From: a virus
IMG/VR virus record: IMGVR_UViG_3300045988_047700
Location: 1-53,542 of that record
DNA length: 53,542 bases
Strand: one strand, 5' to 3'
Within the stretch, counting starts at the first letter, position 1; the number at the start of each line of letters is the position of its first letter. Positions 51,255 to 53,542 of this stretch are shown here, one piece after another. The notes beneath the pieces were generated by a model. It had not been told where the DNA came from and did no database searches. It worked only from the letters and a program-made list of their open reading frames with translations. Position numbers and translations under genes: made by a program.

Positions 51255-52093
51255 CTTTCATATTCTTTTACCCATTTCTTGTATTCTTCCGGCAATTCTT
51301 CTTGATCCTTTAAAATCTTATATGCCCAAGAATCACCCTCGTAAATCATGAATTGTAATGTGTGAATAATTTTCTGAGACGCAATGTACCCAGGCGCTAT
51401 CGTTGGCATCCCGTCCAATTGCTTCGGTGTTACCATAAATAATTTCGTTTGATCTGCCGGATTGCGAATCCCCTTAGGGTACTTGTCTGGTATATAATCT
51501 GGTTCTCCTGTAATTCCGCAAATACCATTCTTCTCGAGTGTAGAAATATAATAATCTCTCCACTGCGTGCTTATAGTTCCTCTATCCATTAATCCGGCAT
51601 AGACTACTTCATCCCTATATCTCGAATTAAAAAGCATATGTGTCTCTTCCTTGGTTAACACAGAAAATATTATCATAAGTTTTTCCTCTGATGTATCTAA
51701 TTTTTCAGAAACTGGTTTGATATCATAGCGTATAGTTCTTTTGCTCAAGTATTGATATGTGCTCTTCGCTACCGGGTCATCTACGCTTTCTATATATTTC
51801 CTCAACTGCTCCATATATGCTGTATGACGGTTTTTATATTGTGGATAGTCTCCGCATACATATGACATATTGTCGTGAATCGGGTGTGGCGCTATCCCAG
51901 ATGTCCTACTTTCTGAATTGATCGTACACGGGATGGAGCACCTTTCGTTCTTCGTTGCTGTTGCTCCAATGAAATTTCCATATGCATCTATCAAAACTCT
52001 GACATCTGGTCTTATTCTGATATGTGCAATCGGAATAACGCTTTCCACTCCAAGTATTTCATATTGTTTTAAAATTTCGTTCCATTCGCTCAT
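51242..52093 (-). CDS. Orphan Cas8c/Csd1 N-terminal-half homologue
   Basis: 283 aa from ATG 52093. MSEWNEILKQYE..., IPCTINSESRTSGIAPHPIHDNMSYVCGDY (compare Csd1 vP..kRTSGIAPnfLwDn.eYvLG) and GICGITGE (compare G.C..TGE). Full-length Cas8c is about 600 aa. Confidence 0.6.
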   Translation of the reverse strand: MSEWNEILKQYEILGVESVIPIAHIRIRPDVRVLIDAYGNFIGATATKNERCSIPCTINSESRTSGIAPHPIHDNMSYVCGDYPQYKNRHTAYMEQLRKYIESVDDPVAKSTYQYLSKRTIRYDIKPVSEKLDTSEEKLMIIFSVLTKEETHMLFNSRYRDEVVYAGLMDRGTISTQWRDYYISTLEKNGICGITGEPDYIPDKYPKGIRNPADQTKLFMVTPKQLDGMPTIAPGYIASQKIIHTLQFMIYEGDSWAYKILKDQEELPEEYKKWVKEYERKKA

Positions 52094-52103
52094 TTTTCCC
52101 ACT

Positions 52104-52484
52104 TTATGCAATTTCAATCACTTCTGCTTCTTCAACAATTACTTCGTTTTCGTCATTCCCATAAGAGTAAGAATCCCCACCGATTATTACAATGTTGTTT
52201 CCATCGTAGATAGATGATTCTTCAATAGCTCTTTCGATTATCTCTTTTGCTTCTTCTGCATCATCAGTGTCAATCAGTTCAAACATTGCGTATCCACATA
52301 TGCCGTCCATTTCCTCTGGTTCTTCTGTGTCATATGAACTGCACTCATATTCTTCATTCCACTCAAAGCTGTTTCTGCAAATGTCACCAATTTTATATTC
52401 TTCATCCGGGCAGCAATGGCGAATTGCTACCACACTATAATCATTTTCTTTAATTGTTTCTAAGATTTTTTCTACATTCATCAT
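52104..52484 (-). CDS. Highly acidic early protein
   Basis: 126 aa, Asp/Glu-rich throughout. AGGAGG 8 nt upstream. First gene after promoter P1. Confidence 0.6.
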   Translation of the reverse strand: MMNVEKILETIKENDYSVVAIRHCCPDEEYKIGDICRNSFEWNEEYECSSYDTEEPEEMDGICGYAMFELIDTDDAEEAKEIIERAIEESSIYDGNNIVIIGGDSYSYGNDENEVIVEEAEVIEIA

Positions 52485-52514
52485 TGTTCTTACCTCCTAT
52501 AATGTGTTCCTCTC

Positions 52515-52555
52515 TTAACTGTCTTTATTATATCATAGTGGTGTCCACTAGTCAA
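52515..52555 (-). promoter_or_regulatory. Consensus promoter P1 with embedded palindromic operator
   Basis: Minus strand: TTGACT-AGTGGACACCACTATGA-TATAAT (17-nt spacer). Palindrome TAGTGG-ACA-CCACTA. 40/41 identical to 53304..53344. Confidence 0.7.
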
Positions 52556-52561
52556 TAGTTT

Positions 52562-52744
52562 TCATTTATTTTTCTTTATAGTTATCACACCGTCTTTTTC
52601 TTCTAGGACAACACTTCTATCCTCTTCCGTAACGCCTAGTGCCTTTATCATCCCTACCGGAATAGAAATCCGGTAGTTTTTCGTGTTCTTTCCGGATGTT
52701 CCGCCGGCTTTGTTTATCATTACGTTTCTGCTTACTTTCTCCAT
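52562..52744 (-). CDS. AbrB/SpoVT-type DNA-binding protein
   Basis: 60 aa. YRISIPVGMIKALGVTEEDRSVVLEEKDGVITIKK is a SpoVT-AbrB swapped-hairpin motif. Confidence 0.65.
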   Translation of the reverse strand: MEKVSRNVMINKAGGTSGKNTKNYRISIPVGMIKALGVTEEDRSVVLEEKDGVITIKKNK

Positions 52745-52763
52745 TGCTATCTCCCGAAATTAA

Positions 52764-52997
52764 CTACTTCAAATTTACGTGTTCGCTTTTGTCCCAACAA
52801 ATATATTTTTTTACCATGTTCAAAAATAAAATGTGACAAAAATCCGGCTTTCTGCTTCGTGGTTTATAAGTTTCAATTGAGACTTTAGCAAAATCACTGT
52901 TTCCAATTTTATCAACAGCAATTATTTTTATTCGCCATTTTGAATCTACTGCTCCATATTCAATCATAGCATTTTTTAATTGATCCTGTAACCCCAT
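52764..52997 (-). CDS. Hypothetical early protein
   Basis: 77 aa. GGGGGAAG upstream. Confidence 0.5.
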   Translation of the reverse strand: MGLQDQLKNAMIEYGAVDSKWRIKIIAVDKIGNSDFAKVSIETYKPRSRKPDFCHILFLNMVKKYICWDKSEHVNLK

Positions 52998-53013
52998 ATT
53001 CTTCCCCCACTTT

Positions 53014-53274
53014 TTATGCTATCGTTGATTTCGGGATCCATGCTTTCCATCCCTTATAACTCCCTACCACATCACCAGTCGAAAGGACAACTTCTACTGC
53101 CTTTTCGCTTTCTTTCAATACCTCAATAACTTTTACGACAACATATCCATTCTCTGATATAACCATTCCATTTTCATCTCTGCTATAGATATCAATATAT
53201 GAGTTATATCTTTCAGCGGTGTTTTGTATTTTATCAATAACCCATTCTTTTACTTTTACATATCCTGTTGTCAT
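53014..53274 (-). CDS. Hypothetical early protein
   Basis: 86 aa. AGGAGGTAAAAAG upstream. First gene after promoter P2. Confidence 0.55.
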   Translation of the reverse strand: MTTGYVKVKEWVIDKIQNTAERYNSYIDIYSRDENGMVISENGYVVVKVIEVLKESEKAVEVVLSTGDVVGSYKGWKAWIPKSTIA

Positions 53275-53303
53275 CTTTTTACCTCCTGTGTTATGCTCCT
53301 TTA

Positions 53304-53344
53304 TTAACTGTCTTTATTATAACATAGTGGTGTCCACTAGTCAA
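53304..53344 (-). promoter_or_regulatory. Consensus promoter P2 with the same palindromic operator
   Basis: Minus strand: TTGACT-AGTGGACACCACTATGT-TATAAT. Near-identical copy of P1. Confidence 0.7.
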
Positions 53345-53487
53345 GTAAAAAATAAAAAGATTTCAATTGTTTTCAAAATCTTTTTCTCTTAATCTATATA
53401 TTTACATTTTACAGGTCCGTCTTTATTTTTCTTAATCATCTAATAGAATCTTGGTCTTTTCTTCCTTTTCTCCACTTCCTACCGCTG

Positions 53488-53542
53488 TTGGGATGATGGT
53501 TGGAACACGAGAAAGTACCTATTAATATATGCTAAAATGTAT
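53488..53542. repeat. Terminal direct repeat, copy 2
   Basis: Identical to 1..55. The length fits a k-mer assembly overlap of a circular genome. Confidence 0.95.

Noticed and set aside
1-53542. Genome-wide TAG stop-codon reassignment, suggested by the in-frame TAG in the methyltransferase.
   Set aside because: Long late genes (TMP, portal, TerL, tail tip) are intact under the standard code. Several well-supported genes end in TAG: the cas8c-like gene at 51242, ORF 20859..21035 and ORF 32879..33031. The tRNA-like element has no CUA anticodon loop.

Overview
The window is a complete temperate siphovirus-like phage or prophage genome. The unit length is about 53,487 bp, and the first 55 nt (1..55) are identical to the last 55 nt (53488..53542), so the contig is circular or circularly permuted. 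Gene families suggest a Bacillota/Clostridia-type host; this is an inference. Almost all genes are on the minus strand.

Reading the minus strand from the right end, the modules are:
- An early cassette driven by two near-identical consensus promoters (53344..52104).
- An orphan half-length Cas8c/Csd1-like gene (52093..51242), convergent with a plus-strand small-RNA gene that carries one type I-C-like CRISPR repeat.
- DUF4417, TerS, TerL and portal genes.
- An inserted PHP-domain fibre-like gene plus a holin.
- A minor capsid gene, then an accessory island: a sigma-like regulator, a DUF2829/Tad2-like fusion, DUF1653 and an HExxH protein.
- A terminator-bounded cargo operon of odd proteins: ferritin-like, CCC-motif, and Met/Gly/Gln-rich.
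- A roughly 550-nt non-coding, hairpin-dense region ending in a tRNA-like element.
- Scaffold, major capsid, connectors, major tail, chaperones, tape measure, tail tip and fibres, an NlpC/P60 hydrolase and a GH25 endolysin.

A plus-strand lysogeny block (about 15967..19801) carries an XRE regulator, a CI/LexA-like repressor, a SHOCT protein and a DUF4352 protein.

The leftward early operon (15507..35) carries an iteron-rich putative origin, DUF1351, ERF, RusA, a replisome organiser, DUF4317, a C5 DNA methyltransferase interrupted by one in-frame TAG, many small zinc-ribbon ORFs, and a large serine integrase.

All family names come from motif recognition by eye and memory. No searches were run.
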